Shown: positions 50,975 through 61,017 of the stretch, piece by piece
Numbering within the stretch: the stretch's first letter is position 1
How the letters are laid out: each line of letters opens with the position of its first letter
DNA from: an uncultured Planctomycetota bacterium
Lineage (GTDB): Bacteria > Planctomycetota > PLA2 > JAEUHO01
Direction: 5' to 3'
Length of the DNA: 64,000 bases
Assembly (NCBI GenBank): GCA_963752285.1
Contig: CAVVXN010000005.1
Coordinates: 640,001 to 704,000 of the forward strand
Made by a program: the position numbers and the translations under genes
Notes under the pieces: generated by a model
Databases searched by the model: none
Told to the model about the DNA's origin: nothing
Seen by the model: the letters and a program-made list of their open reading frames with translations, nothing else

Positions 50975-51352
50975 ATGTCCGTACCGCCCCCCCTGCCCCC
51001 CGACCTCGGCCCCGAGGAGCGCGGCCTCGCCTCGCTCCTGGCCCGGCTCCGTCCCACGCCCCCGGGGGCGCCCCCGGGCGAGGACGAGCTCGCGCGTGCC
51101 GTCGGCGCGGGAAGGCTGCCGTCGGCGTCGCACGTTCAAGTGCTCGCGATGCTCGCGATGGGCGGCCTCCTCGCGCTCGGCGTCGGCTGGTTCGACCGCT
51201 CCGCCGCGGGGGTCGAGCGGGGCGACGCCGCGGCCGCGCCCGTGATCGGTCCCGTGATCGGGCCGGATGTCGCGACCCCGTTCGAGGCGGAGCCCGTCCG
51301 CCCCGAGGCCGCCGGGCCGTCGGCGCCGGTGGATCCCGGTCCGAGCCACTGA
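50975..51352 (+). CDS. Small single-TM hypothetical protein
   Basis: LASLLARLRPTPP helix, TM helix VLAMLAMGGLLALGVGWF, PVIG-PVIG 12-bp duplication. Confidence 0.55.
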   Translation: MSVPPPLPPDLGPEERGLASLLARLRPTPPGAPPGEDELARAVGAGRLPSASHVQVLAMLAMGGLLALGVGWFDRSAAGVERGDAAAAPVIGPVIGPDVATPFEAEPVRPEAAGPSAPVDPGPSH

Positions 51353-51514
51353 TCCGGAGCGGTTGGCGCCGCGTCCCGTCTTCCGCGGAGATCGTGCGCG
51401 ACGGCCGTCCTCTCGCGGTCCCGGTCCACGTGGGGGCTTCCCCGGCGCCGGGCCTATCCTTCCTCGCTCCGGCAGCCGATCGACCTCCCGAGGATCGTTC
51501 GCTCGAAGGAGCCG

Positions 51515-52999
51515 ATGTACCGTCTCTTCCTCTCCCAGCGGTACCTGAGGAGCCGTCTCGTCAACCTGATCGCGGTCGGCGGCGTCATGTTCGGCGTGGC
51601 CGTGCTGATCGTCGTGACGTCGGTGATGGACGGCTTTCGCTCGCGGGTGATGTCGGCGCTCCGGGGAAACCTCTCCGACATCGTCATGACGCCCCTCCTG
51701 CCGGAGGGCCAGGCGCTCCCGCCGTACGAGACGATGGACGCGGCGATCCGCAAGGACCCGCGGGTGGTCGCGACGTCCCCCCAGACCGAGCGGATCGTCT
51801 TCTACCTGTACCCGGCCACCGGTGCGCGCCAGCTCGTCGTGAACGGGCACGCGGTGCAGGAGCTGAGCGCCGTCGGCATCGACTTCGACCGCGAGAAGAA
51901 GGTCTCGGCGATCTCGCGCTACCTGGTCGCCGCCGAGGACCCGGAGCACCCCTTCCGGAGCCGGCGGGCCGACGAGGCGCGAGACCGCCTGGGCGGTACG
52001 GTGCTCGTGAGCCGGACGTTCGCGAAGAGCTTCCTCGGCCTCGAGCAGGGGTATCTCCTGCCGAAGGACCTGATCGGGACCGAGATCCAGATCACCTTCC
52101 TCGACCTGGGCGGGGCGCCGGGCTGGATGCCGCCGGCGCTTCACCCTCCTTCGGGCGCGTCGCCCGACGACCCGCAAGCGTCGGAGGACGGTGTCCCGCC
52201 CCCGCCCCCCCCTCCGGGACCCGGCCCGGGAGCGGGGGGCCCGCCGGGTCCTTCGAACGCGCCGCCGTCCCTGGACCCCGCCGACATCCGCGCCTCCTCG
52301 CGGGGCATCGGCTTCGTGATCTCGGGGGTGTACGACGGGGACGACACGTCGCTCGACGCGACCCGCCTCTACTTCGACCAGGCCACCCTCCGGAAGGTGG
52401 CGGGCATCCAGGACGAGTACCACGTCATCCGCGTGAAGCTGAGGGACCCCGACACGTCGCAGGCGGTCAAGTCGGACTTCCAGCAACGCTTCCCGTCCTT
52501 CGAAACGACGGTGTGGCAGGACCACCGCCGACAGTACCTCCGCGCGGTGAACAACGAGAAGGTCCTGCTGATGATCGTCCTCTCGTTCATCGTGCTGCTC
52601 GGCGGGTTCATCATCCTCGCGACGCTCACGCTGACGGTGGTCGAGAAGACGCGCGACATCGGGGTGCTCGCCGCGCTCGGCGCGAACCGGTCCGGCATCC
52701 TCTCGCTCTTCGTCGGGACCGCGCTCCTGATCGGCACGATCGGGGCCCTCTTCGGCGTCGGGCTCGGCTGGCTGTTCACCGACAACGTGAACACGATCAA
52801 GGACTTCCTCGCGAACCGGATGGGAATCCAGATCTTTCCCGCCGACATCTACCTGTTCCGCGAGATCCCGACGGTCTGGGACTGGAGCAGCGTGCTGTGG
52901 ATCGCGGGCGGCAGCGTGCTGATGGCGGTCGCGGCCGGGGTCGTCCCGGCCCTTCGCGCGGCGCGCATGGACCCCGTGCGGGCGCTTCGCTATGAGTGA
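51515..52999 (+). CDS. lolE: Lipoprotein-releasing ABC transporter permease (LolC/E family)
   Basis: FLSQRYL, GVAVLIVVTSVMDGF, VVEKTRDIGVL.ALGA, IYLFREIP, PALRAARMDPVRALRYE. Confidence 0.9.
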   Translation: MYRLFLSQRYLRSRLVNLIAVGGVMFGVAVLIVVTSVMDGFRSRVMSALRGNLSDIVMTPLLPEGQALPPYETMDAAIRKDPRVVATSPQTERIVFYLYPATGARQLVVNGHAVQELSAVGIDFDREKKVSAISRYLVAAEDPEHPFRSRRADEARDRLGGTVLVSRTFAKSFLGLEQGYLLPKDLIGTEIQITFLDLGGAPGWMPPALHPPSGASPDDPQASEDGVPPPPPPPGPGPGAGGPPGPSNAPPSLDPADIRASSRGIGFVISGVYDGDDTSLDATRLYFDQATLRKVAGIQDEYHVIRVKLRDPDTSQAVKSDFQQRFPSFETTVWQDHRRQYLRAVNNEKVLLMIVLSFIVLLGGFIILATLTLTVVEKTRDIGVLAALGANRSGILSLFVGTALLIGTIGALFGVGLGWLFTDNVNTIKDFLANRMGIQIFPADIYLFREIPTVWDWSSVLWIAGGSVLMAVAAGVVPALRAARMDPVRALRYE

Positions 53000-53768
53000 C
53001 GTCTTGCGCTCCGGCCCCGACGGCCCGGCGCCGCGACCGCCTCTCCTCGAGGCGCGCGGGGTCGAGAAGAGCTACCGCGTCGCCGGCGGCCGTCTCGCCG
53101 TGCTCAAAGGCGTCGACCTCGAGGTCCGCGAGGGCGAGATCCTGGCCGTGCTCGGGAAGAGCGGGTGCGGCAAGAGCACCCTCCTCCACGTGATGGGCTG
53201 GCTCGACGGCGCGGACGTCGGCGAGGTGCTCTACGAGGGGAAGGACCGCACGGGCCTTCCCGCGACGGAGCGGGCGCGTCTGCGCAACCGCCTCATGGGG
53301 TTCGTCTTCCAGTTCTACCACCTGCTGCCCGAGCTGACGGCGCTGGAGAACGTACTCCTGCCGACGATGATCCAGCACCGCGTCAGCGCCTGGGGACGCC
53401 ACAAGGCGGCCGCGCGCGAGCGGGCGCGCGCGCTCCTCGCGATCGTCGGGCTCGGCGCGCGCATGGAGCACCGGCCCGGCCAGCTCTCGGGCGGCGAGCG
53501 CCAGCGCGTGGCCATCGCGCGCGCGCTCCAGAACGAGCCGCGCTTCCTGCTCTGCGACGAGCCGACCGGCAACCTCGACGGCCGGACGGCGGAGGACGTG
53601 CGCCGTCTCCTGTGGGAGCTGAACGCCCGGTCGGGGCAGACCATGGTGGTCGTGACGCACGACGCGAAGCTTGCCGACGAGGCGCACCGCGCGGTCCGCC
53701 TCGTGGACGGACGCGTCGAAGCACGCGAGCCCACGGCGCCGGACCTGGTCGAAGAGATCGAACGCTGA
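52992..53768 (+). CDS. lolD: Lipoprotein-releasing ABC transporter ATP-binding subunit
   Basis: GKSGCGKST, GFVFQFYHLLPE, LSGGERQR, DEPTGNLD. Confidence 0.92.
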   Translation: MSDVLRSGPDGPAPRPPLLEARGVEKSYRVAGGRLAVLKGVDLEVREGEILAVLGKSGCGKSTLLHVMGWLDGADVGEVLYEGKDRTGLPATERARLRNRLMGFVFQFYHLLPELTALENVLLPTMIQHRVSAWGRHKAAARERARALLAIVGLGARMEHRPGQLSGGERQRVAIARALQNEPRFLLCDEPTGNLDGRTAEDVRRLLWELNARSGQTMVVVTHDAKLADEAHRAVRLVDGRVEAREPTAPDLVEEIER

Positions 53769-53792
53769 GGGCGCGGGCCCGCGCCGGCGGGC

Positions 53793-54458
53793 TCAGCGCA
53801 CCGCGTCGGCCGCGCCGCGGCGGTGCCGGTCGAAGGTCGGGCAGACGTGGAACCCGCGGACCGCGCGACACGGCCCGAGGATCTCGGACCAGAAGAAGCC
53901 CGCCCGGGCCGCCTCCCGGTCGGGTCGCCCCTCGCGCCCGCCCATGAGGCGCCGAAACGCGTCCCGTACGCGGCGGGCCTGCTGGGCGTTCGCGGACATC
54001 GTGTCGGGGAGCTGCCCGAGGGGGGCGCCGAGCTCGTGGATCGGGCGCCGGTCGATGTGTCCGAGGTCGGTGGACAGGCCCTCGTACGCGCCCGAGACGG
54101 TCGGCGCCTCGGACGACTCGCCGGCGCGCCACGCGGCGCGCCGGAGCGGCTGCGGGGCCTTCGGCGGCGCGAGCGCGCGACGAGTGCGCATCGCCTCGCG
54201 GAGCGACACGACGGGCGGGGGCGGCGCCAGGTCCGGGGGCGGCGGGGGCGCTGGCTCGGGCGGGCGCGGCGGGGGCGCCGGGGGCGGCCGGAACAGGTCG
54301 CCGATGCCGAAGAGGGGCGTGGGCGGGCCGTGGGGCGGCCCCCGGCGGGGCACTCCGCCCCCGCGCCGGTCCCGCTGCTTCGCCTCCGCGATCGACTTGA
54401 TCACCCAACCGACGAAGAGGAGGGCGACGAAGATGATCTGGAAGAGGGAGTCGTCCAC
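53793..54458 (-). CDS. Hypothetical protein at the position YqfB occupies downstream of floA
   Basis: N-terminal TM helix, Pro-rich middle, C-terminal ARAGFFWSEILGP. Confidence 0.7.
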   Translation of the reverse strand: MDDSLFQIIFVALLFVGWVIKSIAEAKQRDRRGGGVPRRGPPHGPPTPLFGIGDLFRPPPAPPPRPPEPAPPPPPDLAPPPPVVSLREAMRTRRALAPPKAPQPLRRAAWRAGESSEAPTVSGAYEGLSTDLGHIDRRPIHELGAPLGQLPDTMSANAQQARRVRDAFRRLMGGREGRPDREAARAGFFWSEILGPCRAVRGFHVCPTFDRHRRGAADAVR

Positions 54459-54468
54459 GGAGTCGCCC

Positions 54469-55524
54469 TCACGCCCCGGTCGGGGGCGTGGAGGCCCCGG
54501 GACGCTGCTCGGTGCCGCCGAGGCTCTCCCGCATGGCCGTGTCGGCCTGGATGTTCTTCAGGTTGTAGTAGTCGAGCACGCCGAGGTGTCCGTCCCGGAG
54601 CGACTGTGCGAGGGCCTTCGGCACGTCGGCCTCGGCGAGCACGACCTTCGCGCGGTTCTCGACGACGGCCGCCCGCATCTCCTGCTCGCGCGCGACCGCG
54701 AGCGCGCGGCGCTCCTCCGCCTTCGCCTGGGCCACGCGCTTGTCCGCCTCGGCCTGGTCGGCCTGGAGGCGTGCGCCGATGTTCTCGCCGATGTCCACGT
54801 CGGCGATGTCGATCGAGAGGATGGAGAACGCCGTACCGGCGTCGAGCGCCTTCGCGAGGACCGTCTTGGAGATGAGGTCGGGGTTCTCGAGCACCTTCTT
54901 GTGGCTCTCGGCCGAGCCGATCGTGCTGACGATGCCCTCGCCGACGCGCGCGATGATGGTCTCCTCGGTCGCGCCGCCGACGAGCTGCTTCAGGTTCGTC
55001 CTCACCGTGACGCGCGCGCGCGCGAGCACCTGGATGCCGTCCTTGGCGACGGCGGCGACGGCCGGCTTGTCCTTGCGAGGATCGGGGCAGTCGATGACCT
55101 TCGGGTTGACGCTCGTCTGGATCGCGTCGAGCACGTCGCGCCCCGCGAGGTCGATCGCGGCCGCCGTCGGGAAGTCGAGGTTGATGCGGGCACGGTCCGC
55201 GGCGATGAGCGCGCGGGCGGTGTTCGTCACGTTGCCGCCCGCCAGGTAGTGGGCCTCGAGGTCGCGGGTCTGGATGGGAAGGCCCGCCTGCACCATCGCG
55301 ATCTTGGACCGGACGATCACGGCTGCGTTCACCTTCCGGAGCCACATGCCCACGAGCTCGAAGATCGAGATCTCGGCGCCGGCGAAGTACGCCTGGATCC
55401 AGAGCTTGAAGAACTTGAGGAAGACCAGGAGGGCGACGAAGACGACCAGGAGGCCGATCACGAGGAGGATCGTGCCCACCTCGACGTCGGCCAGAAGGGG
55501 CGAAGGGAAGCGGGAGAGGGGCAT
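54469..55524 (-). CDS. floA: Flotillin-like protein FloA (YqfA/UPF0365)
   Basis: [62 protein letters not shown]. Confidence 0.95.
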   Translation of the reverse strand: MPLSRFPSPLLADVEVGTILLVIGLLVVFVALLVFLKFFKLWIQAYFAGAEISIFELVGMWLRKVNAAVIVRSKIAMVQAGLPIQTRDLEAHYLAGGNVTNTARALIAADRARINLDFPTAAAIDLAGRDVLDAIQTSVNPKVIDCPDPRKDKPAVAAVAKDGIQVLARARVTVRTNLKQLVGGATEETIIARVGEGIVSTIGSAESHKKVLENPDLISKTVLAKALDAGTAFSILSIDIADVDIGENIGARLQADQAEADKRVAQAKAEERRALAVAREQEMRAAVVENRAKVVLAEADVPKALAQSLRDGHLGVLDYYNLKNIQADTAMRESLGGTEQRPGASTPPTGA

Positions 55525-55537
55525 CGGACCTCCGGGG

Positions 55538-56035
55538 CTACGTGGGGGAGCCGTCCGCGGGCGTCGCGTTCGGGACGGGTCGTACCTTGACCTCGGTCCC
55601 GTCCACGGCGCGGACGAGGATCTCGGTTCCGGCGGGGAGCATCCCCGACTCGGAGAGCACGGTGAGGCGGGTCCCGTCGATGTCCGCCGTGCCGGACGGG
55701 CGCAGGTCGGAGAGGGCGACGCCGCGCCGCCCCGCGAAGTGGTCCAGCGAGGGGAGGCTGGCCGCAGGACGGGTCTGCGGCCCGGTGAGCAGCATGCGCC
55801 GCCCGAACGGGAGCTTCGGGAGCACGCGGAACGCGCCGCGCACGACGAACGGGATCCCGACGATCTCCGCCACGACGAGCGACCAGCCGTACAGGTCGCT
55901 CTGCTGGAACGCCAGGACGTCCGCCGTGAGGATCAGCGAGATCGCGCCGATGCTGAGGAGCCCCATGCTGACGAAGAACACCTCGGCGATCACGAACGCG
56001 AAGCCGAGGAGCATCAGGACGACGGGGAGGATCAT
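55538..56035 (-). CDS. Short NfeD-family protein (TMs + OB-fold)
   Basis: [27 protein letters not shown]. Confidence 0.88.
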   Translation of the reverse strand: MILPVVLMLLGFAFVIAEVFFVSMGLLSIGAISLILTADVLAFQQSDLYGWSLVVAEIVGIPFVVRGAFRVLPKLPFGRRMLLTGPQTRPAASLPSLDHFAGRRGVALSDLRPSGTADIDGTRLTVLSESGMLPAGTEILVRAVDGTEVKVRPVPNATPADGSPT

Positions 56036-57609
56036 GCGTCTCCCTCGTCCTCTCCTTCGCCGAGTCCTTCTTCGACCGCGCGCACCGTGACGGTGTTGCC
56101 CTCGACGGCCACCACCTCGACGGTACGCCCGGAGCGCACGAACCCGCCCTCGGTCACGACGTCTACGAGCCGGCCGTCCACCTGCATCGTGCCCGCGGGC
56201 CGGAGCGTGGAGACGGCCACGCCGCGCACCCCGGGGGCGGGCGGGGGGGACGACGGAGCCACCGACACCGGGGATCCGCCCGGCGCGGACAGGAGCAGCC
56301 GGCGCGCCGGCCCGATGCGGGGCGCGTACCGCGAGACGATCGCGAGCAGGACGAGGCCGACGAGGACCGTCGACACGAACTGGAGCCCGAACGAGACCGT
56401 GTCGCCCCAGCGGCCGGAGGGCGCGCCTCCGGAGCCCCGCCACTGCACGTCGAGCGCGAGCGCGAGGAACCCGAACCCGATCAGCGCGATCCCCGCGATC
56501 CCGACGAACCCGAAGCCGGGGATCACGAAGATCTCGACCGCGAGGAGCACGACCCCGACCCCGATCAAGAGGAGCGGCAGGCCGTTCAGCTGGTCGGCCG
56601 TCGCGTTGATCAGGAGGAGGAGCGCGAGCGCGCCGAGCCCCACGAACGTCGTCGTCCCGATGCCCTGGAAGAACGTGACCAGGACCGCCACCATCACGAC
56701 GGCGGAGAGGATCCCCGCGAATCCGAGCAGGAGGCGGCACGCGTTCTCGGAGAACGACATCTCACGTTGCCCGACCCGGGCGCCCCGCGCGGAGAGAGCG
56801 CTGAGGAGCGCGCTCTCGGAGTCGGGGTAGAGGGCGCCGCCCTCGAACGTCCGGCGGAGGAACCCGAAGCGCGCGGCCTCGCGTGCGGTCATCGTGAGGA
56901 GCTCGCCTTCGCGAACGACCGGCGTCCCGACCTGGACGAGCTCGTCCTTCGTCCAGGCGCCGACGACCTTGGCGTCGGCGGCGGCGTCGCGGAAGTCCTG
57001 GCCCTCGACGTAGTGGAGGCCGCCCTCGGGGTCGCGCACCTGGAGCACCTCGAGCGACGCCGAGACCATCGCCTCGGCGAGTGCCGCGGGGTAGCCGTTC
57101 CGCTCGGCGTACGCGCGGAACTTCGCGCGGAGCGGGCTCTCGAACTTCTCGCCGACGGGCTTCGGCGCGCCGCCGGGCTCCATCGTGATCGGCTGCGCGT
57201 CGCCGAGGTGCGCATCGCGTCCCATGACGATCTCGTCGCAGGAGAGCGAGACCATGGCGGCGCCGCTGTAGGCCATCTGGGGCACCCACGCCACGACGTG
57301 GATGGACTCGGGGACCCCGAGCAGCAGGTCGCCCGTGTGCATGCTGTCGAAGACGGTGCCGCCCGGGCTGTCGATCCGAAGGACGAGGCAGTCTACGTGG
57401 TCCTCCTCCGCCGACTCGACCTGGCGCTTCGTGTAGGCCGCGAGCACCCCCTCGATCTCGCCGGGGAAGTCCACGACGCGGATGTCGTGGTACGTGCCGG
57501 TGAGCGGCTGCGGCGACGACGCCCCGTCCTCCTCCGCGTGGAGGAGCGACGCGCCGACGGCGAGGCACGAGAGCGCGACGGCCAGGACGAGACGAGCCGG
57601 GGACTTCAC
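56032..57609 (-). CDS. nfeD: Long NfeD-family membrane serine protease (ClpP class)
   Basis: IDSPGG, AYSGAA, EKFES, LAEAMV, LLTMTA, EIFVIPGFG, STLRPAG. Confidence 0.9.
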   Translation of the reverse strand: MKSPARLVLAVALSCLAVGASLLHAEEDGASSPQPLTGTYHDIRVVDFPGEIEGVLAAYTKRQVESAEEDHVDCLVLRIDSPGGTVFDSMHTGDLLLGVPESIHVVAWVPQMAYSGAAMVSLSCDEIVMGRDAHLGDAQPITMEPGGAPKPVGEKFESPLRAKFRAYAERNGYPAALAEAMVSASLEVLQVRDPEGGLHYVEGQDFRDAAADAKVVGAWTKDELVQVGTPVVREGELLTMTAREAARFGFLRRTFEGGALYPDSESALLSALSARGARVGQREMSFSENACRLLLGFAGILSAVVMVAVLVTFFQGIGTTTFVGLGALALLLLINATADQLNGLPLLLIGVGVVLLAVEIFVIPGFGFVGIAGIALIGFGFLALALDVQWRGSGGAPSGRWGDTVSFGLQFVSTVLVGLVLLAIVSRYAPRIGPARRLLLSAPGGSPVSVAPSSPPPAPGVRGVAVSTLRPAGTMQVDGRLVDVVTEGGFVRSGRTVEVVAVEGNTVTVRAVEEGLGEGEDEGDA

Positions 57610-57688
57610 GAGAGGCGATCGTACCCCCCTCAGGGGCAGGGTCGATTCGCGAAGGGCGCGTTCGGCCGCCGGGCGCTCGGCGCCCGGC

Positions 57689-59314
57689 TCACGGACTCGA
57701 GAAGGTGCCCTCCAGCCAGAGCGCGCCGAGGCTCCCCGGACCCGAGCCGAGGAACGTGGTCGTGTCGATCGATCCGCTCACGTCCACGTACGCGTCGGGG
57801 CGACCGCCGCCGCTCCCGTCTACGGTCATGGCGCCGAGCGCGCGCCCGCTGACCGTCTCGAGGAGCGACCACCCGGGCACGAAGTTCGTTCCGAAGCCGG
57901 CGCCGCCGACCACGTCGTCGGGCAGCGCGACGAGGTAGAGGCGGCCGGGCGTCGGGGCCGGGTACGAGAAGAGGTCGCCGAACCCCGCGACGAGCAGCGC
58001 GCGTCCCGCGGCGACGAGACCGACGGACGTGACGTTCGCTCCGGGGCGTCCCGCGTCGTCGGCCGCGATCGGGATCCCGTTGTTCGCTCCCCGCAGCACC
58101 GCGAGACGCGTCGCGTCGATCGGGTCGGCGTACAGACCGTCGAGGCGGAGCAGGTAGACCTCGCCGGTGACGGCGGAGGGGAAGAACCCGACCTGATGCC
58201 CGGCACGATCGGACCCCAGCGCCGGCCGCGCGGCCGCGAGACCGACCATCCCCAGCTCGAACCGGCCGAGCCAGGCGTCGGTCGTGGCGTCGTACGCCTC
58301 CACGCTCGCGGGCGTCGTCGGGACGAGCGCGTACGACGCGTCGTACCCGGTCGCGCCCGCCACCGTGACGAGGAGCCGCGGCCCGGCCGGCGAGCCGATC
58401 CGCTGGAGGGCGACCGGGTCGTAGCCGTCGAGACGGATCGTCTCGGTCGCGAGCGCGCCCGCGGGGCGGGCGCGCACGGGCTGCGCGTCGAGCGCGTACA
58501 CGTCGAACACCTCGATCGTGCCCGGCTCCTTCGTGGCGCCGTAGCTCGGCGCGCCGAAGACGACGTTCGCCATGGCGACGTAGAGATGTCCCCGCAGGGT
58601 CCCCGTCGGCACGTAGCAGACCGCCTCGGCCTGCGACTGGCGGTAGCCCGACGCCGGGAGCGTCCCGCCGTCCGAGTCGGCGCGGCCCTGGGACGGGACG
58701 ACGGTCGCCAGGTCCACGACCTGGAGTACGACGCCGCGCGTCGGGTCGAACGCGACGAGGTCCGAGAGCGTCGGATCGGTGTCCGAGCCGCCCGCGTTCA
58801 CGAGCGCGAACCCGAGGTGGTCGGAAGCGATCTCGAGGTCGTTCAGGTAACAGCCGAAGCCGATCGGCGCCGCGAGGGTCGGGGGGTGGCCGTGACTGTC
58901 CACGAGGCGGTCGAGCGTGATCGTCACGGGAAGGAAGCGCGTGGAGCGCGCGGGCACGACCCCGGCGACGTCCACCGCGACGATCGTGGCGCCGTCCGCC
59001 TCGATCTGGTCGGCGTCGTCCGTGAACACGACGCCTTCGTGGCGGACGACGTCCGACGGGAAGCTCCCGTACAGCGCGACGCGTTCGTGAGGGAACGCGT
59101 CCGCGTCGAAGTGGGGCGCGCGCCCCGGCGGAGCGGGGGGCGGCGCGGGGACCTCGCCGCCGTGCCCGACCGGCGCCCCCGGGAGCGACGCGACGAACGG
59201 GCCCGGCGAGGCCGTCGGGGCGGAGCCTCCGCCGCAGCCCGCGGCGAGAAGGGAGACGAGGGACGCGACGACGAGCGCGACGGGGCGCGCGCGAGGAGAG
59301 AGGCGGTACGACAT
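57689..59314 (-). CDS. Lipoprotein with a probable beta-propeller, under a cobalamin riboswitch
   Basis: GGAGG SD, lipobox LAAGC, repeated beta-blade motifs (LVAFDPT, IEVFDV, VEAYDAT). Confidence 0.8.
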   Translation of the reverse strand: MSYRLSPRARPVALVVASLVSLLAAGCGGGSAPTASPGPFVASLPGAPVGHGGEVPAPPPAPPGRAPHFDADAFPHERVALYGSFPSDVVRHEGVVFTDDADQIEADGATIVAVDVAGVVPARSTRFLPVTITLDRLVDSHGHPPTLAAPIGFGCYLNDLEIASDHLGFALVNAGGSDTDPTLSDLVAFDPTRGVVLQVVDLATVVPSQGRADSDGGTLPASGYRQSQAEAVCYVPTGTLRGHLYVAMANVVFGAPSYGATKEPGTIEVFDVYALDAQPVRARPAGALATETIRLDGYDPVALQRIGSPAGPRLLVTVAGATGYDASYALVPTTPASVEAYDATTDAWLGRFELGMVGLAAARPALGSDRAGHQVGFFPSAVTGEVYLLRLDGLYADPIDATRLAVLRGANNGIPIAADDAGRPGANVTSVGLVAAGRALLVAGFGDLFSYPAPTPGRLYLVALPDDVVGGAGFGTNFVPGWSLLETVSGRALGAMTVDGSGGGRPDAYVDVSGSIDTTTFLGSGPGSLGALWLEGTFSSP

Positions 59315-59492
59315 CGGGACCTCCCCTCCGGCGACGGCCGCCCGACGGGCGGCGCGAGGACGATGCGCCGACCGCGGGAGGGTCGGTCGCGTCCGCACTC
59401 AGGGCCCGAGCACGCCTCCCGGCGCCGGCGCGGGGCCGGCCGGGTCTCGTGCTCCGACGCTCTACACCGGAGTGACCAGGGACACGACCCAC

Positions 59493-59686
59493 GGTCCGGT
59501 CTTCTGGCTTCCGGATCGTCCTTCCTCCGCGCCTTCCCGCGCCCTTCGAGCGCAGTGGCGTGTCGGTCGGCGCTACGAACGCGTGGTTCGAACGCACGAC
59601 CCGAGCGGAGGTCGTCCCCGGTCACAGCGGCGGGTCCGCGGGGGCATCGCACCCCTCTTCCGACCCCGTACGGGGGTCATGGACCG
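59493..59686 (-). ncRNA. Cobalamin riboswitch
   Basis: Minus strand GGTCC...AGGGGTGCGATGCCCCC-GCGG-ACCCGCCGCTGTGA...GCCACTG...GGGAAGGC...GATCC...AGCCAGAAGACCGGACC (B12 box); a TACACT -10 lies at 59721-59726. Confidence 0.9.
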
Positions 59687-59848
59687 CGGGTCTCGAAGGG
59701 GAAGGGAAAAGAGCCGCCCGAGTGTAGTCGCCCGGTGCTCGGGGCGAAGCGTCTCTCCTGGGAGCGCGGGGCGGGCGGGGCCTTCGCCCGCCTTCGCGAT
59801 TGACGAACCGGCCTCCACGGTGAGAATCTCTCCCCTCCCGACGCGACT

Positions 59849-59924
<76 letters not shown>

Positions 59925-60125
59925 CCCCTCGCGTCCCCGAACGTCCCCGCGCCGCCGGCCCGCCGGGCGGGACCGAGGGGCCGAGGCGCCCCCCCAGGTC
60001 CGGGGGGGAGAGCGCCCATCGACCCCCAGGGGTAGGACCCGGGACGGGTTTCGCCCTTTCCCTCTGTCGGGGGGGCCCGTAGGATCCGCGATGGAACCCG
60101 AGGACGCAGCCGGGAGGGCCTCGCC

Positions 60126-60995
60126 GTGCTGGAACCCGCTCATGACCTGGACCCGGGGCGGTCCGAGCCGCGCGCCGTCCCCGAGACGGACTCCCTCCTC
60201 TCGCGCCTCTTCGGAGTGCGGCGCGGAGACGGCGTCGCCGTCGAGGGCGTGCGCGGCTCCGCCCCTCCCGCCGCCGCGGACCGCGGCCTCGGTCTGGAGC
60301 GCACGCGGCACGCCGAGGGGAGCGACGGGCTGCGCGAGGAGATCGGCGAGCGCGTGAGCAGCGGCTTCCGCGACCTCTCGCGCCTGCTCGTCGCGATCAA
60401 GGAGACGCTCCAGGACCGCGACGGCCAGGTGCGTCAGACGCTCGCCGCGCTGCCCGACTACCTCCAGCAGGTGCCGCGCATCCAGCGGGCGCAGATCGAG
60501 TGCATGGCCCAGATCTCGCGGCAGCTCGAGCACATGGGCACCGGCACGCGCGACGTCCTCGCGCGCCTCGACAGCGTGCCCGACCTCCTCCGCTCGCTCG
60601 CGCTCCACCAGTCCGAGCAGTCGCGCTTCCTCGACGACCTGCAGGCCCGCACCGCCGAGGCTCTCGGCGTGCAGTCGAAGGCCATCCGCGAGGGACTCGA
60701 GACGAGCCGGCGACAGGCGGACTCGCAGCTCCAGACGATCCGATCGATCGCGTCCACCCAGGAGGACGTCTTCGCGACGTTCCAGAGCACGCAGAACCGC
60801 GCGCTCAACGTCTTCCACCGCGCGCAGCAGCAGGCCACCGCCCAGCACCGCGAGACGCAGCGGGTGATGAGCCGTCAGATCGAGATGCTGGTCGAGAAGG
60901 TGCACTCCGCGCAGACGCGCGTGTTCTGGCTCTCGATCGGTTTCGCCGCGCTGCTCGCGGCGGGGCTGATCGCGGTGCTCGTGTTCGGCGGCTGA
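60126..60995 (+). CDS. Gln-rich coiled-coil protein with a C-terminal TM anchor
   Basis: Long heptad-like helical region; terminal VFWLSIGFAALLAAGLIAVLVF. Confidence 0.75.
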   Translation: MLEPAHDLDPGRSEPRAVPETDSLLSRLFGVRRGDGVAVEGVRGSAPPAAADRGLGLERTRHAEGSDGLREEIGERVSSGFRDLSRLLVAIKETLQDRDGQVRQTLAALPDYLQQVPRIQRAQIECMAQISRQLEHMGTGTRDVLARLDSVPDLLRSLALHQSEQSRFLDDLQARTAEALGVQSKAIREGLETSRRQADSQLQTIRSIASTQEDVFATFQSTQNRALNVFHRAQQQATAQHRETQRVMSRQIEMLVEKVHSAQTRVFWLSIGFAALLAAGLIAVLVFGG

Positions 60996-61017
60996 GCCGA
61001 GTCCGTCCCGACCGGGC

